From Acidobacteriota bacterium (GTDB taxonomy: Bacteria > Acidobacteriota > UBA890 > WLXD01), in the NCBI GenBank assembly GCA_965248695.1, contig CBDFKD010000002.1, forward strand, positions 3,648,001 to 3,712,000: a stretch of DNA of 64,000 bases, read 5' to 3'. Made by a program: the position numbers and the translations under genes. The notes beneath the pieces are model-generated. The model was given only the letters and a program-made list of their open reading frames with translations. It was not told the DNA's origin and did not search any database. Below, piece after piece: positions 39,008 to 49,493 of this stretch; the first letter of the stretch is position 1; every line of letters begins with the position of its first letter.

Positions 39008-40315
39008 TTGGCTGTGAGGCGTCGCGACGTTCTTCGATCGGGGGTCGGCGCCCTCGGCGCTGGTCTGGTCAGTGGGTCTGCCGGGCTCGCCTCGGCGGCC
39101 ACGCCGACGCAGTTCTTCGGGCGTGGCGCCCCGGGGCGTCGGTTCGATGCCTGGGTCGGCATCCACGCGCCCAACCTGGCCGCCAACCTGGAGCTCGTAC
39201 GACAGCGGGCGGCCGGCCGGCCGGTGCTGGCGGTGGTCAAAGCGAACGCGTACGGACACGGCGTGGTGCAGGTGGCACAGGTGCTCGCCGAGGCCGGGGC
39301 CGACGGGTTCATGGTGGCCAATACGCAGGAGGCGGTGGCGCTACGCGACGCGGATATCGAGGCGCCGATCCTGCACTTCGGTCGCGTGTTCGGGCCCGGC
39401 GCAGAGCTGATCATCGAGTACGGGCTGGAGCAGATGGTCGACTCGATCGATGTGGTGTCCGCCCTGGTTGCCGGGGCGGCCATGCAGCGGAAGGAAGCCG
39501 TGGTGCACGTGCACGTCGATACCGGGATGGGTCGCGTCGGCGTGCCCTGGCGTGACGCGCCAGAGTTGTTGTCGTACATCGGCGGCAGATCGCGCATACG
39601 CATTGCCGGCGTGAGCACGACCCTCACCGAGGATGCGGACTTCGACAGCGTGCAGCTGAGACGCTTGGATGAGATCTGCCAGCGTGCCGTTGCTGAGGGC
39701 ATCGACATCGGTCGACGGCACGCCGCCAGCAGCGCGGCTGTGCTGGGCAATCCGGACGCCCACCTGGACATGGTGCGCCCGGGGATGCTGCTGTACGGGC
39801 ACTACCCGTCGCGGGCGGCGCGGGACCTCGAGCCTGATCTCGGGCTCAAGCCGGTGCTCGGGCTGCGGGCGCGGGTGGTGAGCGTCAAGACGCTACGTCA
39901 GGGCGAGTCGATCGGCTACCACCGGGTCTACATTGCCGAGTCATCGCAGAAGATCGCGGTGTTGCCGATCGGGCACTCCGACGGCTACCCGCCCGAGGCG
40001 GCGATCAACGGTCACGTGTGGATCCGTGGGCGCCGCTGTCCGTTCGTTGCCGAGATCAACGCCAACCACTCGATGGTGCGGCTACCGGAGGATCTCGACG
40101 TGCAACCGGGCGAGCTGGCGGTGATGATCGCCACCGGTGACGAGCGTGCGGCGTTCGGAGCCGAGCCGGGTCCCGAGGCCCGAGATCCGAGCATGGGGAT
40201 GCCAACCGCCGAGATGGTGGCTGACTGGGCCGGGGTGGGCGACTACCGGGTCATCACCCAGCTGAGCTCGGAGCTACCACGCAGCATCGAGGGAAGGCGT
40301 CGCCGCAGGTTCTAG
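39008..40315 (+). CDS. alr: Alanine racemase-family enzyme with Tat signal
   Basis: RRRDVL plus hydrophobic stretch; AVVKANAYGHG, DTGMGRVG, MVRPG, SIGY. Confidence 0.85.
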   Translation: MAVRRRDVLRSGVGALGAGLVSGSAGLASAATPTQFFGRGAPGRRFDAWVGIHAPNLAANLELVRQRAAGRPVLAVVKANAYGHGVVQVAQVLAEAGADGFMVANTQEAVALRDADIEAPILHFGRVFGPGAELIIEYGLEQMVDSIDVVSALVAGAAMQRKEAVVHVHVDTGMGRVGVPWRDAPELLSYIGGRSRIRIAGVSTTLTEDADFDSVQLRRLDEICQRAVAEGIDIGRRHAASSAAVLGNPDAHLDMVRPGMLLYGHYPSRAARDLEPDLGLKPVLGLRARVVSVKTLRQGESIGYHRVYIAESSQKIAVLPIGHSDGYPPEAAINGHVWIRGRRCPFVAEINANHSMVRLPEDLDVQPGELAVMIATGDERAAFGAEPGPEARDPSMGMPTAEMVADWAGVGDYRVITQLSSELPRSIEGRRRRRF

Positions 40316-40377
40316 CGACAGGCCTCACGACTCGAAGCGGCCGGCTTTGATGCGGCGAGCCCGTTGGTTGCCGACGC

Positions 40378-40926
40378 CTACTGCTGCGTTCGCGGCACCG
40401 GGTTGGTGATGGTGCCACCGCCCGCCGGGCCCTGCAGGCTCGGCATCATCTGCAGCGCTTGCATCATCCGGTAGGTCACCGGGTTCATTCCCCACAGGCG
40501 CGTGCTTTGGTCCGGATCCTCGAACCACGACAGCGGCGCGAGCTCCTCGGCCGTGCGCGTGGGCTGCCCGGAGTCCGCTACGGCCGCGAGGAAGTTCTCT
40601 GCCGCGTTGACGCGGTCGCGCCAGTTCCGGGTCCAGCCGCGGTACGTGTCGCCACTACCGGCGACCATCGTGATGTCGCGCACCGACCAGCCACTGTCGG
40701 CGGCGGCCGCCAGGCGGACGTCGATGAGGGTTCCATCACCGAGCTGCAGCAGGGCGCTTCCGCCGACGGTGGTCGCCAGCGAGCTGCGCACCTGAACCGT
40801 GTCGAGTGCCAGGCTGACGTCCTGGAGGGCGTACAGCACCTCTTCCGTGGTCGGTGTGTCCTGCGCGTACACCGGAGCTGTCGCCAGAGTGATAGCAAGC
40901 AGCGCGAGGGCGCCAGAACGGATCAC
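40378..40926 (-). CDS. Hypothetical secreted protein
   Basis: Signal peptide ending VYA-QD; start uncertain. Confidence 0.6.
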   Translation of the reverse strand: MIRSGALALLAITLATAPVYAQDTPTTEEVLYALQDVSLALDTVQVRSSLATTVGGSALLQLGDGTLIDVRLAAAADSGWSVRDITMVAGSGDTYRGWTRNWRDRVNAAENFLAAVADSGQPTRTAEELAPLSWFEDPDQSTRLWGMNPVTYRMMQALQMMPSLQGPAGGGTITNPVPRTQQ

Positions 40927-41050
40927 GATCTTGGTCCTCGGGGAGGTGCAGTACGCAGCAGCAGGGTTCAATCCAGGTTAGCACAGCGGGCCCATACGGG
41001 TCTTGGACCCGACTGCAACGGGGCGCTCGGGTTGCTGAGCGGACCGGTGG

Positions 41051-41368
41051 TCAGTCCCAGATGCCGAGCATCATCTTGACGTCGTCGGTCGCCATCACCC
41101 GCGGGTCCCACGGAGGCGTCCAGACCAGCTGGATATCGACGTCCTCGACCGCCTCCATCTGCAGGCATGTGGTGTGTACCGCCCCCATGATCTGCGGACC
41201 GACCGGGCACATCGGCGACGTCAGCGTCATCTTGACGCGCAGCCGGCTTTCCTCCTCTTCGGTTTCGACGTCGTAGATCAGCCCGAGGTCGACAATGGAG
41301 ACGTTCATCTCCGGATCGACGATCGGCTTGAGCGCCTCGAAGACCTCTTCCTTGTTCGGTAGCGACAT
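41051..41368 (-). CDS. DUF59/SufT-type Fe-S assembly factor
   Basis: DPEMNVSIVDLGLIY, MTLTSPMCP, WTPPW. Confidence 0.92.
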   Translation of the reverse strand: MSLPNKEEVFEALKPIVDPEMNVSIVDLGLIYDVETEEEESRLRVKMTLTSPMCPVGPQIMGAVHTTCLQMEAVEDVDIQLVWTPPWDPRVMATDDVKMMLGIWD

Positions 41369-41399
41369 GGTGCCGTGCTCCGTTGGTGTGGTTGCGGGC

Positions 41400-41882
41400 C
41401 TAGTGAGCCCGGACTTCGATGTCCTTGTCGGCTTCAACCTGTGAGGCGAGCTCCGGGTTGTGCTGTGCCAGCGCCTGTTCGAGCGTCATCCATGCTAGCA
41501 GGGCGCACTTGATACGCACCGGGAAGTTCTTCACCCCCTCCAGCGCTTCCAGGTCGCCGGGGTCCGTCCCCGACGGCCAGTCACCGCCGCGCATTACCGC
41601 CTTGAAGGTCTCCTTGAGCTCGATTGCCTCATCGACCGTTTTCCCCTCCAGCTGCTGCGCCAGCATCGAGGCCGAGGCCACCGAGATGGAGCAGCCTGAC
41701 GGCTTGATGTGCAGCCCGCGGATGCGCCCCTCTTCGATGTCGAGGCTCATCACCAGCTCGTCGCCGCACAACGGGTTGAAGCCCTCGACCTGCACCGACG
41801 GTGCGTCGATCTCGCCGGCCCCATGCGGCGTTCGATAGTGGTCGAGGATTACCTCACGGTACAGATCGTCGAGTCCTTGCAT
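41400..41882 (-). CDS. sufU: SufU/NifU-type Fe-S assembly protein
   Basis: LYREVILDHY, NPLCGD, GCSISVAS, RIKCALLAW. Confidence 0.93.
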   Translation of the reverse strand: MQGLDDLYREVILDHYRTPHGAGEIDAPSVQVEGFNPLCGDELVMSLDIEEGRIRGLHIKPSGCSISVASASMLAQQLEGKTVDEAIELKETFKAVMRGGDWPSGTDPGDLEALEGVKNFPVRIKCALLAWMTLEQALAQHNPELASQVEADKDIEVRAH

Positions 41883-41946
41883 CGGCTTGGGCCGGTCGGG
41901 CGCTCCAGGTGGTATGGCTCGGTTGTCGGGAGGTGCAGACGGGGCG

Positions 41947-43215
41947 TTAGGTCGAGAGGCCGAAGACTTCTCGCGCCGCCAGCAGCGAGTCGATCAACAC
42001 GTCGACCTCGCTCCTGTCGTTGTAGACGTAGAAAGAGGCGCGCGCGCTGGCCATTACCCCCAGCCGCCGCATGAGCGGCTTGGCGCAGTGATGTCCGGCG
42101 CGAATCGCAACGCCGTGCTGATCGAGGATGGTGCCGAGGTCGTGCGGGTGGATCTGGCTGTCGTTGAATGTCACCAGGCCGCAGCGGTCGCTGGGGTTCT
42201 TTGGCCCGAAGATCGTCAGCCACGGTAGCTCCTGTAGCCGCTCGAGCAGGTACTCGTTGATGTGAACCTCGTGGTGACGGACGTTCTCCATGCCGAGCGA
42301 CTCGAGGTAGTCGATGCTGGCTCCCAGCCCCACCGCGTCGGCCACCGAGGGCGAGCCGGCCTCGAACTTGTGAGGCGCCGCCGCCCAGGTGCTGCGCTCG
42401 AGGGTCACGTCGCGGATCATCTCGCCGCCGCCGAGGAACGGGTCCATCTCCTCCATCAGATCGCGATCGACCCATAGGACGCCGATGCCGAGAGGGCCGA
42501 GCGCCTTGTGCGGTGAGTAGGCGTAGAAGTCGCAATCGAGCGCGCTGACGTCGACGGGCCCGTGTGGTACCCCCTGAGCACCGTCGACCAGTACCTTGGC
42601 GCCGACGGTGCGGGCCGCGCAGGCGATCGTCGGGATCGGGTTGATCGTTCCGAGGACGTTTGAAACGTGGCTGATGGCCACCAGCCGGGTGTGCTCGTTG
42701 AGCACCTCATCGAGCTGATCGATGCGCAGATGGCCTTCGTCGTCGATGTCCAGGAAGCGCAGGTTGCAGTCGATCTGTTGGGCGAGGATCTGCCAGGGAA
42801 CGAGGTTGCTGTGGTGCTCGGTGACGCTGAGCATGATCTCGTCGCCGGCGCGCAGGTGGCGCCGCGCCCAGGCGTGCGCCACGAGGTTGATGGATTCGGT
42901 GGTGTTGCGGGTGAAGACGATGCTCTCCGGCGTGGCGGAGTTGAGAAAGCCCGCGACCTTGAGACGAGCTCCCTCGTAGGCATCGGTGGCTTCTTCCGAC
43001 AGTGCGTGGACGCCGCGATGCACATTGGCGTTGGCGGTGCGGTAGAAGTTTGCGATCGCCTCGATCACCGGCTCCGGGCGCTGCGTGGTTGCCGAGTTGT
43101 CGAGATAGACGAGCGGCTTGCCGTGCACTTCCCGACTCAGGATCGGAAAATCCGCCCGGATCTGCGCTACGTCCAGCGCTTGGGGCTCGGTTGCGGGTGC
43201 TGCCGATGTCGACAC
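41947..43215 (-). CDS. sufS: Cysteine desulfurase SufS
   Basis: YLDNSATTQ, EHHSN, SPHK, RAGHHCA. Confidence 0.96.
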   Translation of the reverse strand: MSTSAAPATEPQALDVAQIRADFPILSREVHGKPLVYLDNSATTQRPEPVIEAIANFYRTANANVHRGVHALSEEATDAYEGARLKVAGFLNSATPESIVFTRNTTESINLVAHAWARRHLRAGDEIMLSVTEHHSNLVPWQILAQQIDCNLRFLDIDDEGHLRIDQLDEVLNEHTRLVAISHVSNVLGTINPIPTIACAARTVGAKVLVDGAQGVPHGPVDVSALDCDFYAYSPHKALGPLGIGVLWVDRDLMEEMDPFLGGGEMIRDVTLERSTWAAAPHKFEAGSPSVADAVGLGASIDYLESLGMENVRHHEVHINEYLLERLQELPWLTIFGPKNPSDRCGLVTFNDSQIHPHDLGTILDQHGVAIRAGHHCAKPLMRRLGVMASARASFYVYNDRSEVDVLIDSLLAAREVFGLST

Positions 43216-43227
43216 GTTTGGCCTCGT

Positions 43228-43590
43228 CTACCAGTCGTCGCCGGCGGCCGTCGGATCGTCCGCCGATTCGGGCACCGCCACCTGTACCTGGCCATCCTGC
43301 TCGCGCACCGGGAAGGTGCCGATGGGCACGATCGCCGGCATCGACAGAACCTCGCCGGTACGGATATCGAATTGCGCTCCGTGGCGCGGGCACTGAATGG
43401 CGTGCCCCTGGAGTCGTCCCTCGCCCAGCGGCCCGTCGTCGTGACTGCAGACGTCCTGAACGGCGAACAGCTTGCCTTCGGCGCGCGCCACGGCGATCCG
43501 AGTGCCGTCCACCGTGAACGTTCGGGCCTCGCCGTCCGGAATCGTCTCCGAGGTGCCGACCTCTACCCACTTCTGTGTGGTTGTGCTCAT
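43228..43590 (-). CDS. Rieske 2Fe-2S ferredoxin
   Basis: CSHD...CPRH. Confidence 0.92.
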   Translation of the reverse strand: MSTTTQKWVEVGTSETIPDGEARTFTVDGTRIAVARAEGKLFAVQDVCSHDDGPLGEGRLQGHAIQCPRHGAQFDIRTGEVLSMPAIVPIGTFPVREQDGQVQVAVPESADDPTAAGDDW

Positions 43591-43592
43591 GG

Positions 43593-44900
43593 TCAGTTCC
43601 TGCCCGCGAGCTTGGCGTCGATGTAACCCCAGAGGCGATCGCGCAGCTCGTCGTCCTCGATACGATCCATCGCGGGTCCGAAGAAGCCCTCGACGATCAA
43701 CCGCTCGGCCTCCGACTCCGTCAGGCCGCGGGTGCGCAGGTAGTAGACCTGCTCCTCGTCGATCGGCCCGACGGTAGCGCCGTGGGTGCAGCGCACCTCC
43801 TCGTTGAGGATCTCGAGCTCGGGGATCGACTCGGCGCGACAGGTCGGGTCGAGCATCAGGTTGCGATTCTCCTGATAGGCCTCGCTGTTGGGCGCGTCCA
43901 GATCGATGCGAATCAGCCCGGTGTAAACCGAGCGCGCTTGATCCTCTAGCACCACCTTGAAATCCATGTCCGAGAAGCTGTTGCCGACCTCGTGAATATG
44001 CTCGGTGTGGTTGTCGAAGTGCTGGCGATTGCTGCCGAAGATCACGCCGATCATCTCCGCCTGGGCATTGCCGCCCTGCTGCACGTTGCCGAGGTTGGCC
44101 TTGCTGTACTGGCCACCGAGGCCGATGTTGACGGTGGTCACGGACGCGTCACGCCGCAACAGGAATCGCTGGCGGGCGTGGCTTCGCGTCTTCGCTCCCC
44201 AGCGCTGGACGTTGAAGTAGGAGAGTCGGGAGTTGGGCAACAGCGTGCCCTCGACGACCGAGTTCGCCAGCACGCGGGGATGCTCGCCGCCGTTGCTGTA
44301 CTCGTCGAAAAGGGTCGCCTCGGCACCTTCGTCGATTACCACCAGTAGCCGCGTGAACAGGCCGGCCAGATCGGCCGTAGCGTGTTGGAAGAGGTGAATC
44401 GGCTTGTCGACCTTGACGTTGCGGGGCACGTAGAGAAATAGCCCGCCGGCGAACAGGGCGGCGTTGAGTGCCTCGAACTTGCCCGAGTCGGCGCCGGCAG
44501 CTGTGCCGAGGTGGGCTCGGACGAGGTCTTCGTGCTCGCGGGCCGCGGTTCCGAGGTCGGTGAGCACGACGCCAGCGTCGCGCCATTGCGGGTCGATCCA
44601 GCACGACTTCAGCACCGCGTTCTCGACCATCACCACGGCCGCCGGGTCGCCCGAGAGGCCTTCCGGCACGGTGTCGGTAGCGGCCGCGCCGTTGGTGATC
44701 AGCGGCGTGATGCGGTCGGGAAGGAACTTCTCGGGTTCCGAGTAGCGCCACAAATGTGCGACGCGATCAGGCAGCGGCGCGGCCGAGTAGGTGTCCCAGG
44801 CGTCATGGCGCCACTGCGCCAGCCACTCGGGCTCGTCGGCCCCCTGCGCAATCGCGCGTACATCGTCAGAGGTCACAGAGGGTTGAACGGTCGCTTCCAT
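43593..44900 (-). CDS. sufD: Fe-S assembly protein SufD
   Basis: IPELEILNEEVRCTHGATVG; YLRTRG; operon position. Confidence 0.92.
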   Translation of the reverse strand: MEATVQPSVTSDDVRAIAQGADEPEWLAQWRHDAWDTYSAAPLPDRVAHLWRYSEPEKFLPDRITPLITNGAAATDTVPEGLSGDPAAVVMVENAVLKSCWIDPQWRDAGVVLTDLGTAAREHEDLVRAHLGTAAGADSGKFEALNAALFAGGLFLYVPRNVKVDKPIHLFQHATADLAGLFTRLLVVIDEGAEATLFDEYSNGGEHPRVLANSVVEGTLLPNSRLSYFNVQRWGAKTRSHARQRFLLRRDASVTTVNIGLGGQYSKANLGNVQQGGNAQAEMIGVIFGSNRQHFDNHTEHIHEVGNSFSDMDFKVVLEDQARSVYTGLIRIDLDAPNSEAYQENRNLMLDPTCRAESIPELEILNEEVRCTHGATVGPIDEEQVYYLRTRGLTESEAERLIVEGFFGPAMDRIEDDELRDRLWGYIDAKLAGRN

Positions 44901-44997
44901 CGATGTCTTCTCTAGATGTCGTCCGGGCAGGAGTCGTTGGACAGGTGTCGCGCCTCGCGGCGCCTCGATGCGGCGGAAAACGTCGTGTGTCGGCCTG

Positions 44998-46410
44998 CTA
45001 GCCGACCGAGCCTTCCATCTCGAGCTGGATGAGCCGGTTGAGCTCGACGGCGTACTCCATCGGCAGCTCCTTCACGAACGGCTCGATGAATCCGTTGACC
45101 ACCATCACCAGCGCTTCCTCCTCCGTGAGCCCGCGGCTCATGAGGTAGAACAGCTGCTCGTCGCCGACCTTGGAGACCCGCGCCTCGTGCTCCACCTGCA
45201 CCTGTTCCTCGGCGATCTCCATCGTCGGGTAGGTGTCGGAGCGCGACTCGGTATCCATCAGCAGCGCGTCGCACTCGACGTGCACCTTCGAGCCGATGGC
45301 GCCCGGATAGACCTTCACCATGCCGCGATACGACGACCGTCCGCCGCCTTTGGAGATCGACTTCGAGGTGATGCGCGAGGTCGTGCGCGGTGCCACGTGG
45401 TAGATCTTGGCGCCGGCGTCCTGATGCTGGCCCTCGTTGGAAAAAGCCACCGAGAGAATCTCACCATGGGCGCCTTCGCCCACGAGGTAGACGCACGGGA
45501 ACTTCATCGTCAGCTTGGAGCCGAGGTTGCCATCGACCCATTCTACGGTGGCGTTCTCATGCGCGATGGCGCGCTTGGTCACCAGGTTGTAGACGTTCTT
45601 GGACCAGTTCTGGATGGTCGTGTAGCGCAGGTGCGAGCCCGGGAGAGCCACCAGCTCGACCACTGCCGAGTGCAGCGAGTCCTTCGCGTAGGTCGGCGCT
45701 GTGCACCCCTCTATGTAGTGCACCCGCGAGCCCTCGTCGGCGATGATCAGCGTGCGCTCGAACTGACCCATGTTCTCCGAGTTGATGCGGAAATAGGCCT
45801 GCAACGGGATCGCCACCTCGACTCCCGGAGGCACGTAGACGAACGAGCCGCCCGACCATACCGACGAGTTGAGGGCCGCGAACTTGTTGTCCTCCGGCGG
45901 GATCATGGTGGCGAAGTACTTCCTCACTAGCTCCTCATGCTCGCGCAGACCAGTGTCCATGTCGGTGAAGATGACGCCCTGTGCTTCGATCTCCTCCTGC
46001 AACGAGTGGTACACGACCTCGGACTCGTACTGTGCCGAGACGCCGGCGAGGAACTTGCGCTCGGCCTCTGGAATGCCGAGCTTCTCGAACGTGTTCTTGA
46101 TGTACTCGGGCACGTCGTCCCAGTTGTCGCTCTGCTCCTCGGTCGGCTTCAGGTAGTAGTAGATCTCGTCGAAATCGATCGAGTTGAGCAGCTCCTCGTT
46201 GCCCCATCCCGGCATCGGCTTGGACTCGAAGATCTCGAGCGAGCGCAGGCGGAACTCGGTCATCCATTCGGGCTCTTTCTTCATCGCCGAGATCGAGCGC
46301 ACTACATCGGCGCTGATGCCACGCTCGGCCTTGAAGACCGAGATCTCGGGATCGTGGAAGCCGTACTTGTACTCGTCGTTGATGTTCAGATCTTCGGAGC
46401 GTGTCGACAT
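44998..46410 (-). CDS. sufB: Fe-S assembly protein SufB
   Basis: [37 protein letters not shown]. Confidence 0.97.
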   Translation of the reverse strand: MSTRSEDLNINDEYKYGFHDPEISVFKAERGISADVVRSISAMKKEPEWMTEFRLRSLEIFESKPMPGWGNEELLNSIDFDEIYYYLKPTEEQSDNWDDVPEYIKNTFEKLGIPEAERKFLAGVSAQYESEVVYHSLQEEIEAQGVIFTDMDTGLREHEELVRKYFATMIPPEDNKFAALNSSVWSGGSFVYVPPGVEVAIPLQAYFRINSENMGQFERTLIIADEGSRVHYIEGCTAPTYAKDSLHSAVVELVALPGSHLRYTTIQNWSKNVYNLVTKRAIAHENATVEWVDGNLGSKLTMKFPCVYLVGEGAHGEILSVAFSNEGQHQDAGAKIYHVAPRTTSRITSKSISKGGGRSSYRGMVKVYPGAIGSKVHVECDALLMDTESRSDTYPTMEIAEEQVQVEHEARVSKVGDEQLFYLMSRGLTEEEALVMVVNGFIEPFVKELPMEYAVELNRLIQLEMEGSVG

Positions 46411-46421
46411 GGTTGATTCCT

Positions 46422-47189
46422 CTAGGCTTCGACCGGCTCGAGTAGCTCGTCCTCGAGCCACTCGTAGCCCTTCTCTTCGAGAGCGTGCGCCAACTCGGGG
46501 CCGCCCGTGCGAACGATTTTGCCGTCCATCATCACGTGCACCACATCCGGAGAGATGTAGTTGAGCACCCGCTGGTAGTGGGTGATGACCAGGTGCGAGC
46601 GCTCCGGTGAGCGCGTTGCGTTGACGCCCTCGGCGACCGTTTTGAGGGCGTCGATGTCGAGGCCGGAGTCGGTCTCGTCGAGGATACAGAAATCTGGTTC
46701 CAGCATGAACATCTGTAGAATTTCCAGGCGCTTCTTCTCACCGCCGGAGAATCCCTCATTGACGTAGCGGCCAGTGAACGACTTGTCGACGCCGAGCAGC
46801 TCCATGGCAGCGTTGAGCTTGTCGCGAAAGTCACGGACTGCCAGGTTCTCGTCGCGGGCCTTCAGCGCCGAGTGCATGAACTTCGCCACCGTCACGCCTG
46901 AAATCGCCATCGGGTACTGGAACGCCAGGAACATGCCGAGGCGGGCGCGCTTGTCGGTGTCGAGCTCGCTCACATCTTGGCCGTTGTAGAGGATCTGGCC
47001 GTCGAGCACCTCGTAGTGCGGATGCCCGAGGGTCACGTAAGCGAGGGTGCTCTTGCCGGAGCCGTTGCGGCCCATCAACGCGTGGACCTCGCCGCGGTCG
47101 ATCTTCAGATCAAGACCGCGCAGGATCTCCTTGCCTTCGATCGCTACCCGCAGGCCTTTGACCTCGAATAGCGGCGTCTGCTCGCTCAT
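46422..47189 (-). CDS. sufC: Fe-S assembly ATPase SufC
   Basis: [27 protein letters not shown]. Confidence 0.97.
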   Translation of the reverse strand: MSEQTPLFEVKGLRVAIEGKEILRGLDLKIDRGEVHALMGRNGSGKSTLAYVTLGHPHYEVLDGQILYNGQDVSELDTDKRARLGMFLAFQYPMAISGVTVAKFMHSALKARDENLAVRDFRDKLNAAMELLGVDKSFTGRYVNEGFSGGEKKRLEILQMFMLEPDFCILDETDSGLDIDALKTVAEGVNATRSPERSHLVITHYQRVLNYISPDVVHVMMDGKIVRTGGPELAHALEEKGYEWLEDELLEPVEA

Positions 47190-47207
47190 CAACTGGTGCT
47201 CCTGGTT

Positions 47208-47756
47208 TCAGTTCTCGTCCTGTAGACGGCCGGAATCGGAAAGCTGCACCTTGTGGAGGGTCGGTGCGGCTGGAATCGTGGTTGCGTTCAAGAGGTCTGC
47301 AGCGGGCTCGGCCCCGGGCCGCAGCTCGCGGCACATGTCGCGCTCGGAGCGCAGCAGGTCGGCCAGCGTGATGCTTTCGAGCAACTGGCTTACGCGCTCG
47401 GAAAGCGTCGACCATACAGGGCGCAGGGCGCAGGCGGTCTCGTGCACGCAGACCTCGCCGGCACCAGCGTGGCGCTCGCAGTATTCCGCATCGAAGAGCT
47501 GATTAGAAAGCGCCAGAACGATCTCGGCCAGATTGATGTCGTCGGCCGTGCGTGCCAGCACGAATCCGCCGTTGCGGCCGCGAATGCTATCCACCAGACC
47601 TTGCTGGCGCAGCGTGTTCAGGAGCTTGCCGGCATACTCGGGTGTCAAGCCTTCGTTCGCCGCCACCTGATTCATCGTCATCGGCTGCCCGGCATCGTGA
47701 AGCGCGAGCTGCAGCATACAGCGCATGCCGTATTCCTCGAGCGCAGTGATTTTCAC
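47208..47756 (-). CDS. Rrf2-family regulator with three Cys (IscR-like)
   Basis: GRNGGFVLA; C-x9-C-x5-C; first gene of suf operon. Confidence 0.9.
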   Translation of the reverse strand: MKITALEEYGMRCMLQLALHDAGQPMTMNQVAANEGLTPEYAGKLLNTLRQQGLVDSIRGRNGGFVLARTADDINLAEIVLALSNQLFDAEYCERHAGAGEVCVHETACALRPVWSTLSERVSQLLESITLADLLRSERDMCRELRPGAEPAADLLNATTIPAAPTLHKVQLSDSGRLQDEN

Positions 47757-47860
47757 GGGAGGCTCCGAAGAGGGAAGCCGAGCACGAGAGCGGCGCAGCT
47801 TCAATAAAGGCGCGCGCTCGCGTCAGTCGAGCATTCGCGCATCCAGCCTTGAGGATACAC

Positions 47861-47888
47861 CAAAACCAGACTTTTCTTTCTACTTTTG
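47861..47888. promoter_or_regulatory. Putative Rrf2 operator
   Basis: AT-rich imperfect palindrome CAAAACCAGA-N8-TCTACTTTTG upstream of rrf2-suf. Confidence 0.55.
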
Positions 47889-47967
47889 TACTGGCTACCG
47901 CCGGCGATGCGGACGGCCACCGGAGCGCGCTCGCGATAAAGGAGTTGCGGCACAGCCTGGACTGGAG

Positions 47968-48570
47968 TCAGTACTTCTTCGACCAGGGGAACTTGGCGTG
48001 CTCGCGCGACTCCGGGACATAGTGCTGCAGCGACTTCACGTAGCCGAACTCCTTGGGGAACGAGAGCTCGTAGTCATCGGGGTTGACGCCGTCGTCGAAG
48101 AAGACCTTCTTGGCGTCGCGCGCTGCCTTTGTCATGAGGATCCCGCCACGAATGGTCTCGGCCGGGTAGGCGCGCGTGCAGACGAGGTTGGCGTTGAGCA
48201 CGCCGGCCGGTTCCAAGTAGAACAGAAAATCCGAGTCGTCGAACTCGCCGGCCAGCACGGACGTTTCGAACGCCAACTGTCCAATGACGATGCCCTGACA
48301 GGTTGCCGGGTCTGGAGGAGGCGGCGGAGGAGGTTCCGCGTCGGCATCCTTGGCGGCCGCCTCTGTCGGCGGCGCCGCAGCGGAGTCGCTTGCTTCTGCG
48401 GTCTCGGCTGGGGCGATCGGCGTAGGCTCGGCCGCCGCAGCCTCGGCGTTGGCCTGCGGCTCAGGCGCGGCTGGTGCAGCCTCGGCGTTGGCGGTTGGCT
48501 CAGGCGCGCCTGTCGCAGCCGCGGGAACCCCGTCCTCAGGCGGGGTTGCCGCGTCATCAGCGGCTGTCAT
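47968..48570 (-). CDS. Hypothetical protein with Pro/Ala-rich N-terminus and ~110-aa globular domain
   Basis: GGAGG RBS, strong GC3 codon bias; PEPxANAEAA repeat. Confidence 0.75.
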   Translation of the reverse strand: MTAADDAATPPEDGVPAAATGAPEPTANAEAAPAAPEPQANAEAAAAEPTPIAPAETAEASDSAAAPPTEAAAKDADAEPPPPPPPDPATCQGIVIGQLAFETSVLAGEFDDSDFLFYLEPAGVLNANLVCTRAYPAETIRGGILMTKAARDAKKVFFDDGVNPDDYELSFPKEFGYVKSLQHYVPESREHAKFPWSKKY

Positions 48571-48782
48571 CTTGACCTCCTGTCAGTCCGGCTTCGTAGA
48601 GCGCGGGCTAGGATATCAGGTAGGGCGCTCACCGGTCGAAACGGTTGAGACACAGGTTAACCCCCGTACCGTCCGGTCATTGACAGGTCGGTACGGTCGA
48701 AAGAAGATTCCCTCGCTAGTGCACTTCGTCCCGAACGGCCCGGAATCACGGGAGAGAGCTGCTGAAGATCGACGCGGGAGCC

Positions 48783-49493
48783 ATGTCGCTGGTGGGCACT
48801 GTGCGGCGCCACAATGAAGATGCCTGCCGGGCTGAAAAGGACCTCGGTCTGTTCGTCGTCGCAGATGGTCTCGGCGGCCACCGCGCCGGCGAACACGCCA
48901 GCAACATGGCGGTCGAGGTCCTGGCACACACGCTGCAGACATCGCGTGACAATGACGACGGACTGAATCTCGACCTCGTGCTCGACGGCTTTGATCGGGC
49001 CAACCACGGCATTCTGAACGACGCTCGCAACTCGCCCGAGCGCGAGGGGATGGGGACCACCCTGACGGCGATCGTGGTTGACGGCGACCGCTTGTTGCTG
49101 GGGCATGTCGGCGACAGTCGCGCCTGGCGTATTCGTGATGGCGTGATCGAACAGCTCACGCAGGACCACACCGTCGTTGCGCAGCAGGTGCGCGACGGCG
49201 TGCTCACCGAGGCCGATGCCGAGAAACACCCGATGCGCCACGTTCTCAGCCGTTGTTTGGGAGTTCGTGAAGAGATCGAAGTGGACCTCGTAGAAGGCGC
49301 CGTCACCCCGGGTGACGTCTACGTGCTGGCCTCAGACGGTCTGATTCCCTCGTCGCCCCCCGACGAGATCGCCCGGATGGTGCGCGAGAACAGCGACGCC
49401 CAGATCGCTGCAGAAGTCCTGGCGAACCGGGCGTGTGAGCAAGACGGTCGAGACAACATCACCGTGGTAGTGGTGGTATGCGCCGAGGACTGA
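48783..49493 (+). CDS. PP2C-family Ser/Thr phosphatase
   Basis: RRHNED, VADGLGGH, GMGTT, HVGDSR, SDG, RDNIT. Confidence 0.94.
   Translation: MSLVGTVRRHNEDACRAEKDLGLFVVADGLGGHRAGEHASNMAVEVLAHTLQTSRDNDDGLNLDLVLDGFDRANHGILNDARNSPEREGMGTTLTAIVVDGDRLLLGHVGDSRAWRIRDGVIEQLTQDHTVVAQQVRDGVLTEADAEKHPMRHVLSRCLGVREEIEVDLVEGAVTPGDVYVLASDGLIPSSPPDEIARMVRENSDAQIAAEVLANRACEQDGRDNITVVVVVCAED

Noticed and set aside
41051-47756. suf operon as a novel system
   Set aside because: sufCBD-Rieske-sufSU-DUF59 with an Rrf2 regulator is a known arrangement
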